Below, in pieces: positions 1 through 10,482 of a stretch of 64,000 nucleotides of DNA. Source of the stretch: an uncultured archaeon (lineage in GTDB: Bacteria > Armatimonadota > Fimbriimonadia > Fimbriimonadales > Fimbriimonadaceae); contig CAWHLK010000035.1 of NCBI GenBank assembly GCA_963829965.1, positions 54,887 through 118,886 on the forward strand, in the 5' to 3' direction. How positions within the stretch are numbered: the stretch's first letter is position 1; each line of letters starts with the position of its first letter. The translations under genes and the position numbers were made by a program. The notes beneath the pieces were generated by a model. That model searched no databases and had not been told where the DNA came from. It worked only from the letters and a program-made list of their open reading frames with translations.

Positions 1-34
1 GGAGGGCCCCGCCCGTCCCCGCGTCGGTCCCGAA

Positions 35-1252
35 ATGCGGGAACTCGGCCTCATCGAAAACGGCGGTTTGCTCATACAGTCCGGCTTGATCTCTGCGGTC
101 GGGAACTCCGACGAGATCTCCCGCATGGTCACCAAAGAAACGCAGGTTGTGGACGCCCGAGGTTGTGTGGTTCTGCCCGGCTTCGTCGATGCCCATACTC
201 ACGCGGTTTTCGCGGGGAATCGGGTCGAGGAATACGAGCTTCGCTCCCAAGGCGCAAGCTATGAGGAGATTGCGGCCGCCGGCGGCGGCATCAAGCGGAC
301 GGTTCAGTTAACGAGAGAGGCCACCGAAGAGCAGCTCTTCCAACAGGCAGAGAAGCACGCGTGCTGGTTCCTCGCGAACGGGACGACCCATATCGAAGTC
401 AAAAGCGGCTACGGTCTCTCCCCCGAGACCGAAATGAAGATGTTGCGGGTGGTGAAGCGCTTTCATCCCGGCCTTGCGGCTCCCGGCATGTCGTCGACTT
501 TTCTCGGCGCCCACGCCTTTCCGGAAGAGTTTGAGAACGATCATGAAGGCTACGTCAGGCTCGTCATCGAGACCATGCTGCCTGCGGTGAAAGAATCCAT
601 GCTTGCGAGCTGCTGCGATGTCTTCTGCGAGCGAAACTACTTTTCGATCGACGACAGCCGCCGGATCCTGTTGGCCGCAAAGGCGCTTGGCTTCGGACTC
701 CGAATCCACGCCGACCAACTCACGTGCAACGGCGGGGCGCAACTTGCGGCCGAAGTGGGCGCGCTAACGGCTGACCACTTGGAGCAAACCGACAAGGCCG
801 GGATCCAGGCCCTGGCATCGGCCGGCGTCCAGCCGGTGCTCCTTCCTGCCTCGGTTTACGCGCTGGGGCATGAGCGCTATCCGAAAGCTCGCGAAATGAT
901 CGAAGCCGGCTTGGCAGTAGTGCTCGCCACTGACTTCAACCCCGGCTCTTCGCCAACCCCCAGTATGCCCATGGTGCTGTCACTGGCCTGCACCCACATG
1001 GGAATGACGCCTCCCGAGGCAATCACCGCAGCCACGGTAAACGCAGCCTGGAGCTTGCGCCTGGGAAGTTCGATGGCAACCCTTAAGCCAGGCAAGCAAG
1101 CGAACTTCACGATCTTTGACTGCAAGGACTACCGCGAAATCCCCTACTATTTCGGCGCGCCCTTAGTGAAAGAGGTGTTCCGATTTGGCAAGATGATGAA
1201 CCGGCAACCGTTCGAGTCGCCAACCGCTTGCCACCCAAGGCAGGACGGTTGA
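35..1252 (+). CDS. hutI: imidazolonepropionase (amidohydrolase fold)
   Basis: 405-aa ORF with metal-binding DAHTHAVFAGNR and SYEEIAAAGGGI motifs typical of HutI; length matches. Confidence 0.85.
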   Translation: MRELGLIENGGLLIQSGLISAVGNSDEISRMVTKETQVVDARGCVVLPGFVDAHTHAVFAGNRVEEYELRSQGASYEEIAAAGGGIKRTVQLTREATEEQLFQQAEKHACWFLANGTTHIEVKSGYGLSPETEMKMLRVVKRFHPGLAAPGMSSTFLGAHAFPEEFENDHEGYVRLVIETMLPAVKESMLASCCDVFCERNYFSIDDSRRILLAAKALGFGLRIHADQLTCNGGAQLAAEVGALTADHLEQTDKAGIQALASAGVQPVLLPASVYALGHERYPKAREMIEAGLAVVLATDFNPGSSPTPSMPMVLSLACTHMGMTPPEAITAATVNAAWSLRLGSSMATLKPGKQANFTIFDCKDYREIPYYFGAPLVKEVFRFGKMMNRQPFESPTACHPRQDG

Positions 1253-1289
1253 AAAGTGTGGCGTCACCCGTCACACGTCACGCCCAAAC

Positions 1290-1784
1290 CTACACCCTTT
1301 GGGCCTGGAACATCCAGTGCTGCTTCTCAAGGCCCGCGCAGATCTGATGGAGCATGTCCGCGGTCACCGTGTCCACGTCCTCGATCTCGGCCATTCGAAC
1401 CCGAATGTTCTCAATCGTCTGCTTGGTCCGATGCTCGGCAAGCAGAAGGATCTCCGTATCGCGAGTAAAGCCTTCGGGAACGTCGCCGATTTCCGACTGC
1501 GAAGCCACATCGCGAATCCGGCCGTTCGGGCTGTGCCCGACCGCGGCCAATCGCTCCGCGACGGTGTCGGTGGAATCTTCCGCGATCGCGTAGACTTCGT
1601 CAAGCTGCAAATGCACGTTTCGGAAGTTAGGCCCGACCGTGTTCCAATGCAACTGCTTGATTACCCGTGCAAAAGCGATCAAATCAAACAAAATCGGCTG
1701 CAAAGCCTGTCGGTTCCGTTCACTCTGCTCAGCGCTTACCGCGCCAAATGAAACTTCCGAACTTTCTCGTGTAGCAACGGCCAT
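1290..1784 (-). CDS. dps: Dps-family DNA-protecting ferritin-like protein
   Basis: about 165 aa; KQLHWNTVGPNF...HLQLDE ferritin-like ferroxidase signature of Dps; start taken at internal Met (MAVATRE). Confidence 0.8.
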   Translation of the reverse strand: MAVATRESSEVSFGAVSAEQSERNRQALQPILFDLIAFARVIKQLHWNTVGPNFRNVHLQLDEVYAIAEDSTDTVAERLAAVGHSPNGRIRDVASQSEIGDVPEGFTRDTEILLLAEHRTKQTIENIRVRMAEIEDVDTVTADMLHQICAGLEKQHWMFQAQRV

Positions 1785-1978
1785 GATTAACACCTTTCCC
1801 CAGCCGCCATGCGGCCTTATAACAACTAGTTATACGCCCGGTCGCCAGGCATTGTAACCAGGCGTTTCGCGGTTGCGCTTCGCTTGTAAACATGGCGCTT
1901 CGCGCCATGTACGCGCCACGCTCACCGCGCGAAACGCACGCGGCCTCCCCAACCGTCTAACCCCTGGAGGCTTTAACA

Positions 1979-3403
1979 ATGATTACAGGGGTTTTATTAA
2001 CGGTTGCGCTTGCGGGTTTGCAGAAGGAGGCGCCGAGTTCCAACGAAATAACGGTCTACAACCAGGGTTTTGGGCTGGTCAAGGAATACAGGATGCTGCA
2101 GCTGAAGCAGGGAAGGCAAACGCTGGCCATCGAAAACGTGGCGTCACAAATCCAGCCAAACTCGGTGGGCTTTAGAAGCATCAGCGCGGTGGGGTCGATC
2201 AACGTTCTCGAGCAGAACTATCAATACGATTTGATCAACACGGAAGCCATTTTGGACAAGGCGGTGGGTTCAAAGATCAAGTTGATCCGCACTTTGCCGA
2301 ACTCCACCAAGGAAGTTCTCACCGGCACGCTCATGAGCTCGCCGACCGCCATCGTCAACTCGAACGGCGCCACCGAATACACCTATAACGGCATGGTGCT
2401 TAGGACCGACGATGGCCGCATCGTCCTCAACCCGACCGGAGAAGTAGAAGTCGACTCCATCCCGGAGGGAATGATCAGCCGCCCGACATTGCTTTGGGAC
2501 GTGGATTCCACCAAATCCGGCCAGAACACCGTCGAGCTCAGCTACATCACCGGCGGCATGAGTTGGAACGCCGATTACGTGCTCACCATCGATCCCCTGG
2601 CAAAAGCCGACCTCCAGGGCTGGGTCACCATGAACAACCAGAGCGGGGCCACGTTCAAGAATGTGAACCTGAAGCTGCTGGCCGGAGATGTCAACCAGGT
2701 TCAAAACGCCCCAGTGCCGATGACCCGGGCGATGGCTGGCGGTGGCTTCGGTGGTGCAGCCCAGTTCAAGCAGCAAAGCCTGTTCGAATACCATCTCTAC
2801 ACCCTCCAGCGTCCCACCACCCTCAACAATAAAGAGACCAAGCAGATCTCCCTCCTCGAGGCCCACGGAATCGCGGTGACCGAGAAAATGATCGTCGACT
2901 CACTGCAGGATCAGGGCCAGTACTACCCCTCGGAGGGCGAAGTCGGCACCGGCGATTTCCATCCCCAGGTGCGGCTCGAGTTCATGAACTCCGAGAAGAA
3001 CAACCTCGGTATGCCTCTGCCCATGGGCACGGTAAAAATCTACGAGCGCGATTCTGACGGCTCGGTCCAGATGATCGGCGAAGACCACATCGATCACACC
3101 CCGAAAGACGAAAAGCTCTCCCTGGTAGCCGGCCGCTCCTTCGATGTGGTGGCAACAAGAAAACGCCTCAACTTCCACGTGCTTGGACCGAACGATTTCC
3201 AGGAGAACTTCGAAATCACCGTCCGTAACCACAAGGACGTCGCCCAAGCGGTCACCCTCCTAGAGCGCCACTACGGCGACTGGCGAGTCTCCCAAACTTC
3301 GGACCCGTTCACGAAGACCGACGCCAACTCGATGCAGTTCGAACTCAACATTCCCGCCAACGGCACCAAGGTGGTGCACTACATGGTGACGACCAGATGG
3401 TAG
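1979..3403 (+). CDS. conserved secreted/exported hypothetical protein, tandem paralog 1 (possibly DUF4140/DUF4139, TIGR02231-like)
   Basis: 474-aa ORF; about 95 percent identical to downstream paralog except a short divergent cassette; family assignment from memory only. Confidence 0.55.
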   Translation: MITGVLLTVALAGLQKEAPSSNEITVYNQGFGLVKEYRMLQLKQGRQTLAIENVASQIQPNSVGFRSISAVGSINVLEQNYQYDLINTEAILDKAVGSKIKLIRTLPNSTKEVLTGTLMSSPTAIVNSNGATEYTYNGMVLRTDDGRIVLNPTGEVEVDSIPEGMISRPTLLWDVDSTKSGQNTVELSYITGGMSWNADYVLTIDPLAKADLQGWVTMNNQSGATFKNVNLKLLAGDVNQVQNAPVPMTRAMAGGGFGGAAQFKQQSLFEYHLYTLQRPTTLNNKETKQISLLEAHGIAVTEKMIVDSLQDQGQYYPSEGEVGTGDFHPQVRLEFMNSEKNNLGMPLPMGTVKIYERDSDGSVQMIGEDHIDHTPKDEKLSLVAGRSFDVVATRKRLNFHVLGPNDFQENFEITVRNHKDVAQAVTLLERHYGDWRVSQTSDPFTKTDANSMQFELNIPANGTKVVHYMVTTRW

Positions 3404-3542
3404 GGCGAGCACAACTCAACGCTTGCGATATGTCGCTAAGCGCAAGCTCAACTATTCGTCACAGATCTGCAGCAAGCACCATCAATAAAGCTGGGCGCCA
3501 ATCCCAGTGCGCCCAGCTGGCGGATTGCTGGAGGTTATACGA

Positions 3543-4973
3543 ATGATTACAGGGGTTTTATTGACGGCTGCGCTTGCAGGCTTGCAGAAAAATGCGCCGA
3601 GTCCGAACGAAATAACGGTCTATAACCAGGGTTTTGGGCTGGTCAAGGAATACAGGATGCTGGACCTGAAGCAGGGAAGGCAGACACTTGCCATTGAGGA
3701 TGTGGCATCCCAGATCCAGCCGAATTCGGTTGGTTTCAGAAGCATCAGCGCGGAAGCCTCGATCAATGTATTGGAGCAGAACTATCAATACGATTTGATC
3801 AACACGGAGGCCATTTTGGACAAGGCGGTGGGTTCAAAGATCAAGTTGATCCGAACATTGCCGAACTCAACCAAGGAAGTTCTCACCGGCACCCTCATGA
3901 GTTCGCCGACCGCCATCGTCAACTCGAACGGCGCCACCGAATACACCTATAACGGCATGGTGCTCAAAACCGACGACGGCCGCATTGTCCTCAACCCCAC
4001 CGGAGAAGTAGAAGTCGACTCCATCCCGGAGGGAATGATCAGCCGCCCAACATTGCTTTGGGACGTGGATTCCGCGAAGGCCGGGCAGAATAAAGTCGAA
4101 CTGAGTTACATTACGGGCGGCATGAGTTGGAGCGCCGATTACGTGCTCACCATCGATCCCCTTGCCAAAGCAGATCTTCAAGGCTGGGTCACCATGAACA
4201 ACCAAAGCGGGGCCACGTTCAAGAATGTGAACCTGAAGCTGTTGGCGGGAGATGTGAACCAAGTTCAAAACGCGCAGGTGCCGGTGGGGAGCGTCCTGCA
4301 CGCCAAGGCTGTCTTTGACCAAGCGGCGGCTCCGTTCAAGCAGCAAAGCCTGTTCGAATACCACCTTTACACCCTCCAGCGTCCCACCACCCTCAACAAT
4401 AAAGAGACCAAGCAGATATCCCTCCTCGAGGCCAACGGAATCGCGGTGACCGAGAAAATGATTGTCGATTCGCTGCAGGATCAGGGCCAGTACTACCCCT
4501 CGGAGGGCGAAGTCGGCACCGGCGATTTCCATCCCCAGGTGCGGCTCGAGTTCATGAACTCCGAGAAGAACAACCTCGGTATGCCTCTGCCCATGGGCAC
4601 GGTAAAAATCTACGAGCGCGATACTGACGGCTCGGTCCAGATGATCGGCGAAGACCACATCGATCACACCCCGAAAGACGAAAAGCTCTCCCTGGTAGCC
4701 GGCCGCTCTTTCGACGTGGTGGCAACAAGAAAACGCCTCAACTTCCACGTACTTGGGCCGAACGATTTCCAGGAGAACTTCGAAATCACCGTCCGTAACC
4801 ACAAGGACGTCGCCCAAGCGGTGACGCTGCTGGAGCGCCACTACGGCGACTGGCGAGTCTCCCAAACTTCGGACCCGTTCACGAAAACCGACGCCAACTC
4901 GATGCAGTTCGAACTCAACATTCCCGCCAACGGCACCAAGGTGGTGCGATACACGGTGACGACGAAGTGGTGA
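3543..4973 (+). CDS. conserved hypothetical protein, tandem paralog 2 of 1979..3403
   Basis: start set at MITGVLLT to match paralog 1; even the RBS/leader is duplicated; divergent cassette at about 4261-4340. Confidence 0.55.
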   Translation: MITGVLLTAALAGLQKNAPSPNEITVYNQGFGLVKEYRMLDLKQGRQTLAIEDVASQIQPNSVGFRSISAEASINVLEQNYQYDLINTEAILDKAVGSKIKLIRTLPNSTKEVLTGTLMSSPTAIVNSNGATEYTYNGMVLKTDDGRIVLNPTGEVEVDSIPEGMISRPTLLWDVDSAKAGQNKVELSYITGGMSWSADYVLTIDPLAKADLQGWVTMNNQSGATFKNVNLKLLAGDVNQVQNAQVPVGSVLHAKAVFDQAAAPFKQQSLFEYHLYTLQRPTTLNNKETKQISLLEANGIAVTEKMIVDSLQDQGQYYPSEGEVGTGDFHPQVRLEFMNSEKNNLGMPLPMGTVKIYERDTDGSVQMIGEDHIDHTPKDEKLSLVAGRSFDVVATRKRLNFHVLGPNDFQENFEITVRNHKDVAQAVTLLERHYGDWRVSQTSDPFTKTDANSMQFELNIPANGTKVVRYTVTTKW

Positions 4974-5086
4974 GCTACGCTCTGTGGAGTGCGTCGGTTA
5001 TCGCCGCTTTTCCAGAAATAGGACTAGAATAGTGTATCGCCATGGCAATGCCGAAATTGGCCCGAATTAACCGACTGGAGTAATTA

Positions 5087-5374
5087 GTGTTCGCAAAGAT
5101 TAAGGTCAACTGGTCCCTGCCTAAGCCCACTACAAGACTTGCGGCACTTATTTCAGGCTGCGTAACGGGAGTGATATTGTCAATAGTTCCACTCGCTGCT
5201 TTGTGGCGGCGCGGTCAACTAACTCCTGCCAAAGCTCTCTTGGATCTGGCGATCGCCGTGGCGTTTTCGCAACTGTTTTTCGTCGGCTGCTACTGGATTA
5301 ACGTAAGGAGGTGTCGAGACGGCCATTCACGTACTGGCCGTACGAGCTCTGCGCGGCGCTATGGGGGGCCATAA
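5087..5374 (+). CDS. hypothetical small membrane protein (low-GC island)
   Basis: hydrophobic 95-aa ORF in AT-richer segment; may be fused with next ORF by a frameshift. Confidence 0.3.
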   Translation: MFAKIKVNWSLPKPTTRLAALISGCVTGVILSIVPLAALWRRGQLTPAKALLDLAIAVAFSQLFFVGCYWINVRRCRDGHSRTGRTSSARRYGGP

Positions 5375-5413
5375 TGGGCCAATGACGGAGGAACGCTTGA
5401 CAAAATTCACGGG

Positions 5414-6001
5414 TTGCTTCGCACAACTTGCGTGGCGGGCATGATCGCCTGTATTGCGGGAATCATAATTTCGAGATTTTTCGCTAGCTCGAACGCCTTC
5501 CGCCCGTGGGCAGCTGGCTGTCTATTGGGAGAGGTATTGTTGGGGCTCGCCTACAATCATTTGAGCCGGCGAGGTCAGCAACTGAGGGCAGAAAGGACAC
5601 CCCTGACAGCTTCTCTTAAAGCTATCGGAAACTGGAATGGGCATCTAGCCGTGGGAATTGTGGTGTTTTCATACGTCGCCCGTGCATTTGACCTCCGCCT
5701 AGGGGTGCTCGCTGCCCAGCTATTCTTTCTATTGCCCTTTCTCGTGGGCCTGGCAGTAATCGCCGGCATCGCTCAGGATGTCAAGCTAGTGCCGCCGTTA
5801 GCCATCACCCTCGTCCTTGTTTTTTGCGCACTATTTAGTAGTAGCCCTGGAATCTGGCCAATCGGCCATGGGAATTACGCGAACGCCGAGTTCATGGTGG
5901 CTTGCTTGCTTGTGTACATCGGGCTTGCCACCGTAAAGACCCCGAAGTGGGTATCTTGGCTTCCCTTGATTGCGATGCTCGCTTTGGCTTGCCTTCTTTG
6001 A
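5414..6001 (+). CDS. hypothetical polytopic membrane protein
   Basis: 195-aa ORF with several predicted TM helices. Confidence 0.4.
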   Translation: MLRTTCVAGMIACIAGIIISRFFASSNAFRPWAAGCLLGEVLLGLAYNHLSRRGQQLRAERTPLTASLKAIGNWNGHLAVGIVVFSYVARAFDLRLGVLAAQLFFLLPFLVGLAVIAGIAQDVKLVPPLAITLVLVFCALFSSSPGIWPIGHGNYANAEFMVACLLVYIGLATVKTPKWVSWLPLIAMLALACLL

Positions 6002-6207
6002 GGCATTCGCCGCAAACGCCAAATCTCCTGAGTGCAACACAGCGGATTGAATTGGCATAGAATTTCGACAAACATATTCAAGACTCGCTGAGTCGTCGCC
6101 ACCATTTTATCGTGTCAGTGGTCCCGTGTCTAATCAAAACAAAACCTAACCGAAATCCAGTCAATACAACCGATCAGGACGGCTACGGGAATCCATACAA
6201 CTACTGA

Positions 6208-6441
6208 GTGGGGGCAGGACTCGGCGTGCTCCTTTTCGTCCTAGCGGCAATTGCCTTCCGGGCGAACCCTCTGAATGAGTTAAACCAGGCCGCCGCTGGC
6301 GCAATGCTTGCGGCCGCAGCTTGGGCGTTCTGTGTAGCATTGGGCGAGACCAAGCAGTTCGCCGGCGACTTCGCCAACCTATTGGGTGGCGGGGGCGCCC
6401 TGGTTGGATTATTTGCGGTCATCGTTGGTGCAACAAAGTAG
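6208..6441 (+). CDS. hypothetical small membrane protein
   Basis: 77-aa Ala/Gly/Leu-rich hydrophobic ORF. Confidence 0.3.
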   Translation: MGAGLGVLLFVLAAIAFRANPLNELNQAAAGAMLAAAAWAFCVALGETKQFAGDFANLLGGGGALVGLFAVIVGATK

Positions 6442-6551
6442 GGGCGCCACGATGGGCGGTCCGGCCGGATGCGCAGTATTGGCCGCCGCTCTTTACGACA
6501 CGATGTTACTGGCAGACCTGGCAGGTACCATGATGGCTGGGGATATTCCGA

Positions 6552-6935
6552 GTGGAAAGTCAGGGGGGGCTGAATCAAATGGGCGATAAATCAAGGTCAG
6601 GCCTCTGGCTGCTGGCTCTCCTAATTACAGCAGGATCGGCATTCACGTACATGCGGAGCGTCGGCGGACACATCATTCACCCTCTGATCACGCTTTTGTT
6701 TGGCCTGCTGATGGCGCCCTTTTTCTTTTTCCTTGTGAGCATGCGGAATAGGCCGGTAGTGGCGTCGATTTTGATCCTGACCGCAACTGGACTATTCTTC
6801 TTTGGGACACATGTTGGAGCGGACGGTTCGGCGTGCTTGCTTGGGGCGGCATTCGCATCCGGAGCCGCAATCTTTCTACAACTTATCGGGGGCAAGCGGC
6901 CGAGAAAAATAGCTGGTAGTCCCGCCGATCTTTGA
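6552..6935 (+). CDS. hypothetical small membrane protein
   Basis: 127-aa ORF with 3 to 4 TM segments. Confidence 0.35.
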   Translation: MESQGGLNQMGDKSRSGLWLLALLITAGSAFTYMRSVGGHIIHPLITLLFGLLMAPFFFFLVSMRNRPVVASILILTATGLFFFGTHVGADGSACLLGAAFASGAAIFLQLIGGKRPRKIAGSPADL

Positions 6936-6942
6936 TCACTCT

Positions 6943-8766
6943 GTGCAACACCAAACGCAGCCACGCAGACCCCAGGCCGACGCTGGCCACCAATTCACGA
7001 CTACCTACGCCAATTTGGATTATCAAGTGGGCTCGATCGCTGAAACTGATAGCGGGCTGAACCAGACCCTTGTCAGTTATACCTATGGGACTACCAACTG
7101 GACACCCGGGTCGGCCATAACCGATATGGGCCAGGTTCTTACCGTAACAGACAACCTTTCCGGCGTGGAAGATGCCTTCACCTATGACCACACTTCGGGC
7201 GATGGGGCGCCGGTCAGCCCACTCTCGTTCAAGAAACGTGGCCCTCGAATATTCCCGGGGGCGGATACAGCGTCGCTTATTCGTATAACCAAGCCGGTGA
7301 TCGTAGCACAGCCACCTACACGACGAGCAACGGAACAAACGAATGGCAATACGACGACTACATGTCGTTCGGGCCGTTAAGCAAAGGTCTAGCCACACGG
7401 CTGCCTCAGACCATGCGGCAGATATCGAGTGGCTCGCCCACGCCTGAGGAGTTCCATTACCTTTACGATAGCGGCGGCTCGTTGGTGGCAGCTACCTTTG
7501 CGATGACGCCGGAATCAGGCTTCACGCCCGCCGGCAGCAATCCTTGGTACGACCAGACCGATCTTGCGTCTGTTCGGGCCAGAGTTGTTTACGATAACGA
7601 TGGGGGCGGAAAGGTCCTCAACCTCAACTATTATTGGGATGTTTGGAACTCAAGCAACAGCGACTATGGTTCGACAGGAATCTATGGCTATTCCTACGGC
7701 TATGACCCCGTAACAAATCTAAAGTTGGGTGGTTCGTTCAACGACTTCAACCCACACAATGAAACCTATTCCTACGACTCTAATCTCGATTATCTGACAG
7801 GCGCAAGCTACAACGACGGCTTTGCAAACCCGTCGAATTTTGGACCTACGATGCGGCCGGCAATCGGCTAACCGACGCCGATGCAGGATCTTTCACGTAC
7901 GATAATCTGAATCGCCTCACCACATCGTCGGCCGGGAATTATTCGAACAACATACTTGGAGACAGAACCGGCGATCCATCCGGGAATGCATATTTATGGG
8001 ACAGCCAAGATCGGCTGACATCATTTCAAGCTGGCGCAGGCCCTGCTTGGAATTACTCCTACCGATCTGACGGTATGCGCGTTCTGAAAAACAATGGCAC
8101 GAACTCGACCTCCTACGCTTACGACGGACAGATGGGAGTTGAGGACGTAGATGCTGGTTCTGCCGCTGCGATCACGGACTATGCAATCGGCTCGCGTGGC
8201 ATAGATAGGATTTCAAAGACGGCTTCCGGTACGACCAGTACCACCTATCCAATTTATGACGGGCATGGCAATATGGTTGCAACACTGTCCCAATCTGGCG
8301 CTCTCTTTTCGCTGAGTAGCCAACGCGCCTTCGACCCTTGGGGCGTTATTCGAACCTCGGATACCAGCGGCGATCCGAAGGGGCGTTATTGCGCTAACCT
8401 TGGCCACAAGCAGGACGACGAGAGCGGGTTGACCTATATGCGTACTCGTTACTACGACGCCGCTACAGGCAGATCACGGCCGAGGACCCCGCCCGAAACG
8501 GGCTTAACTGGTTCGTTTACTGCTACGACAACCCGATTAAGTACTCGGACGGCACGGGCGAAGATGGGCTAGATTCTTTCTGGACGATAATAAAGCTCAT
8601 ATTTCTGATCGGCAACCAGACCACGCCTATGCTTAGCGGGAAGCTTAGTGAAAAGGCGTTTGAGGCGATATATGAGTTTTTTGAGAAGGGCGCGGATGTC
8701 GCAAAGGAAGATACCGAGATCAGGGAGAAAGTCGAGGAATTTGGAGGAAAAGCTAACGGAAGATGA
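6943..8766 (+). pseudogene. orphan RHS/YD-repeat protein C-terminal fragment with RHS-associated core and short C-terminal tip; split over 3 frames
   Basis: YD repeats (TYANLDYQ, YDNDGGG, YSYDSNLDY, FTYDNLNRLTT, YAYDGQ) in ORFs 6943..7380, 7362..7871 and 8075..8572 plus an unlisted frame at 7871-8075. Hallmark core MRTRYYDAATGR then, after a 1-nt shift near 8465, ITAEDPARNGLNWFVYCYDNPIKYSDGTGE. No N-terminal part of the gene is present. Confidence 0.75.
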
Positions 8767-8769
8767 CGA

Positions 8770-8901
8770 GATGGAAACTGATTCGGCCGATGTCCAAGAC
8801 ATTGATGCCATTGAAGTTGAGGAGATTGCCACGGAGGTGGAGCAAGTGGAGGCGGCAGAGTCTGCCATTGGAGAGTTGGTGGAAGTTGTGGAAATAAGCG
8901 A
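8770..8901 (+). CDS. very acidic 43-aa peptide immediately after RHS tip stop (candidate immunity-like/orphan ORF)
   Basis: METDSADVQDIDAIEVEEIATEVEQVEAAESAIGELVEVVEISDTAGGL, in frame with listed ORF 8648..8920; real extent uncertain. Confidence 0.25.
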
Positions 8902-8966
8902 TACCGCGGGGGGGCTCTAGGATCGGAGGGAGCAGCCGTCTGGTTTGTGGGATCGAGCAAGCCGAC

Positions 8967-9554
8967 TTGACACGGCTGCTGACGCAATGCGCCTCATACG
9001 TTTACGGGACGGGCAGAATCCGAAATACACACTACGTGCAGAAGCGTATAGACGGCAAATACCCGGTTTTAGTAGGCCTTGCCAACATATTTGGCAGAGC
9101 CCTCATCTATTACGACAGCCCAGAAATTGAACGGTTCACCCTCGAGTCGATCGCCCGTCAAGCCTTATCGCAGTTCGGAGGCGTATCGCTCTCACGAGTC
9201 AAAGACTCCGGCGGCGATCTCGGGCTGGCGGCGCTTTTCGTTGCGATGGTCATTGTCGGCGCCCGCGGAAATAAGGGCATCCGGCAACAATTGGCTCTCC
9301 AAGCAGCCCTCGACGAAAAGCCCGATGATGGTAAGGCGGTCTTCACCGAGCGATGCAACAGGCAAATAGGAGAGTTAGCTCTTATGGCACAGCATTGCGT
9401 CTCGCTTGGCGCACTGCGCGAGAAGGCTATGACTCTGAATGCTTCGCCTTCGCGTCTAGTGCGTCGGGGAATACCGAAAACGTCAACCTTGGCGAGCATC
9501 ATTACGGCCGAGGTGGGGTGCATCCTGTGCGAGACGGAATCGTCGCAGTCTTGA
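8967..9554 (+). CDS. hypothetical protein (possible immunity/cargo protein of RHS cassette)
   Basis: 195-aa ORF directly downstream of RHS tip; no recognisable motifs. Confidence 0.35.
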   Translation: MTRLLTQCASYVYGTGRIRNTHYVQKRIDGKYPVLVGLANIFGRALIYYDSPEIERFTLESIARQALSQFGGVSLSRVKDSGGDLGLAALFVAMVIVGARGNKGIRQQLALQAALDEKPDDGKAVFTERCNRQIGELALMAQHCVSLGALREKAMTLNASPSRLVRRGIPKTSTLASIITAEVGCILCETESSQS

Positions 9555-9559
9555 TGCTG

Positions 9560-9740
9560 GCCGTGGGAGCCTCGCTTGTGCCAACAGCCTCTTAGGAAAA
9601 CTTCAAGACGGCCGCTAGCCTGTCGCTTGCTATCTTTGGAGCGGGCCTATTTTGGGGGATTTGTTTCTTTGGGGGCACGTCGGGGGTTCCGCATTTTCTC
9701 GTTGAGGGCGGGGGTGCTGGTGCTGGTAGTGTTGTAATGG
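9560..9740 (+). repeat. repeat A1 (diverged copy of 10670-10870), encodes GASLVPT...LAIFGxGLF...GVPHFLVxGG membrane-peptide module
   Basis: about 78 percent nucleotide identity between the two copies, same reading frame conserved. Confidence 0.7.
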
Positions 9741-9789
9741 CGGCTACTGGAGTTGTGCGCCGCCGTTTCTGCTAGCCAATGAGGGCAAA

Positions 9790-10071
9790 ATGGCGATTAA
9801 AATCCCATTCATGGACGAGGCACTCCTGGCGGTGAACATCTGCTTGGCGAGCGGCCTGATCTCTTTCCTTTTGGCTGGTCCTTACCTTTCTGCCACCGAG
9901 GGTCGCCGCAGAACGGCCGGCTGGTTCCTCATTTTCGCCGCGCTGCTTCTCGGCGTCCAGGCAGCGTTTCTGATCGGCGCGGCAGTCCTCGCCGGCCGCT
10001 ACGAACTTCTTCTGGCTTGCCCGCTTGGTGCTGCTCTGGGGATTCTCTATCGAGGAGGAGGTCTAAATTAG
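9790..10071 (+). CDS. hypothetical small membrane protein
   Basis: 93-aa ORF, 3 TM helices. Confidence 0.3.
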   Translation: MAIKIPFMDEALLAVNICLASGLISFLLAGPYLSATEGRRRTAGWFLIFAALLLGVQAAFLIGAAVLAGRYELLLACPLGAALGILYRGGGLN

Positions 10072-10215
10072 GCGCTGATGTTACTCCGCCGCGCAAAACG
10101 CCGATTCCAAATCCCTTATCAAATCATCCATGTTCTCGATGCCGCAGGAGAGGCGGATGAGGCCGTCGTCGATGCCGATCTTCTTCCGTACATCGGCGGG
10201 AATAGACGCGTCATC
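10070..10215. repeat. repeat B1: degenerate duplicate (about 94 percent identity) of the 3'-terminal about 130 bp of the gamma-synthase/lyase gene at 11000-11135
   Basis: direct nucleotide comparison; stop codon not conserved in this copy; 1-nt indels. Confidence 0.85.
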
Positions 10216-10482
10216 TTATGTCTGATCGCAGGCGAATTGGAAAGTGCAAAGCAGATCAGTGCAGCTAGGCGTAATGTTCACCGCTGTGGCGTGCGCTGCC
10301 GCAGGTCTTGATGATCTGTACCATTTCAACTCAAACGTAGTTTTCGGAATCGAGCTAAGTTCCGTCTTCGTCGGAATAGTGTTAAGCGTCGCCACAGGCG
10401 AGGCCGCGATGGAAAACTCCCCGTTCATGACTTACGCTGGTGCGATAATGGGCGCATATGCGGTAAGTTTGGTTGCCGCTAC

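Noticed and set aside
8648-8920. 90-aa ORF MKRRLRRYMSFLRRARMSQRK… overlapping the RHS tip
   Set aside because: Its basic N-terminal part is an alternate frame of the RHS tip; only the acidic C-terminal 43 aa beyond the tip stop might be real.
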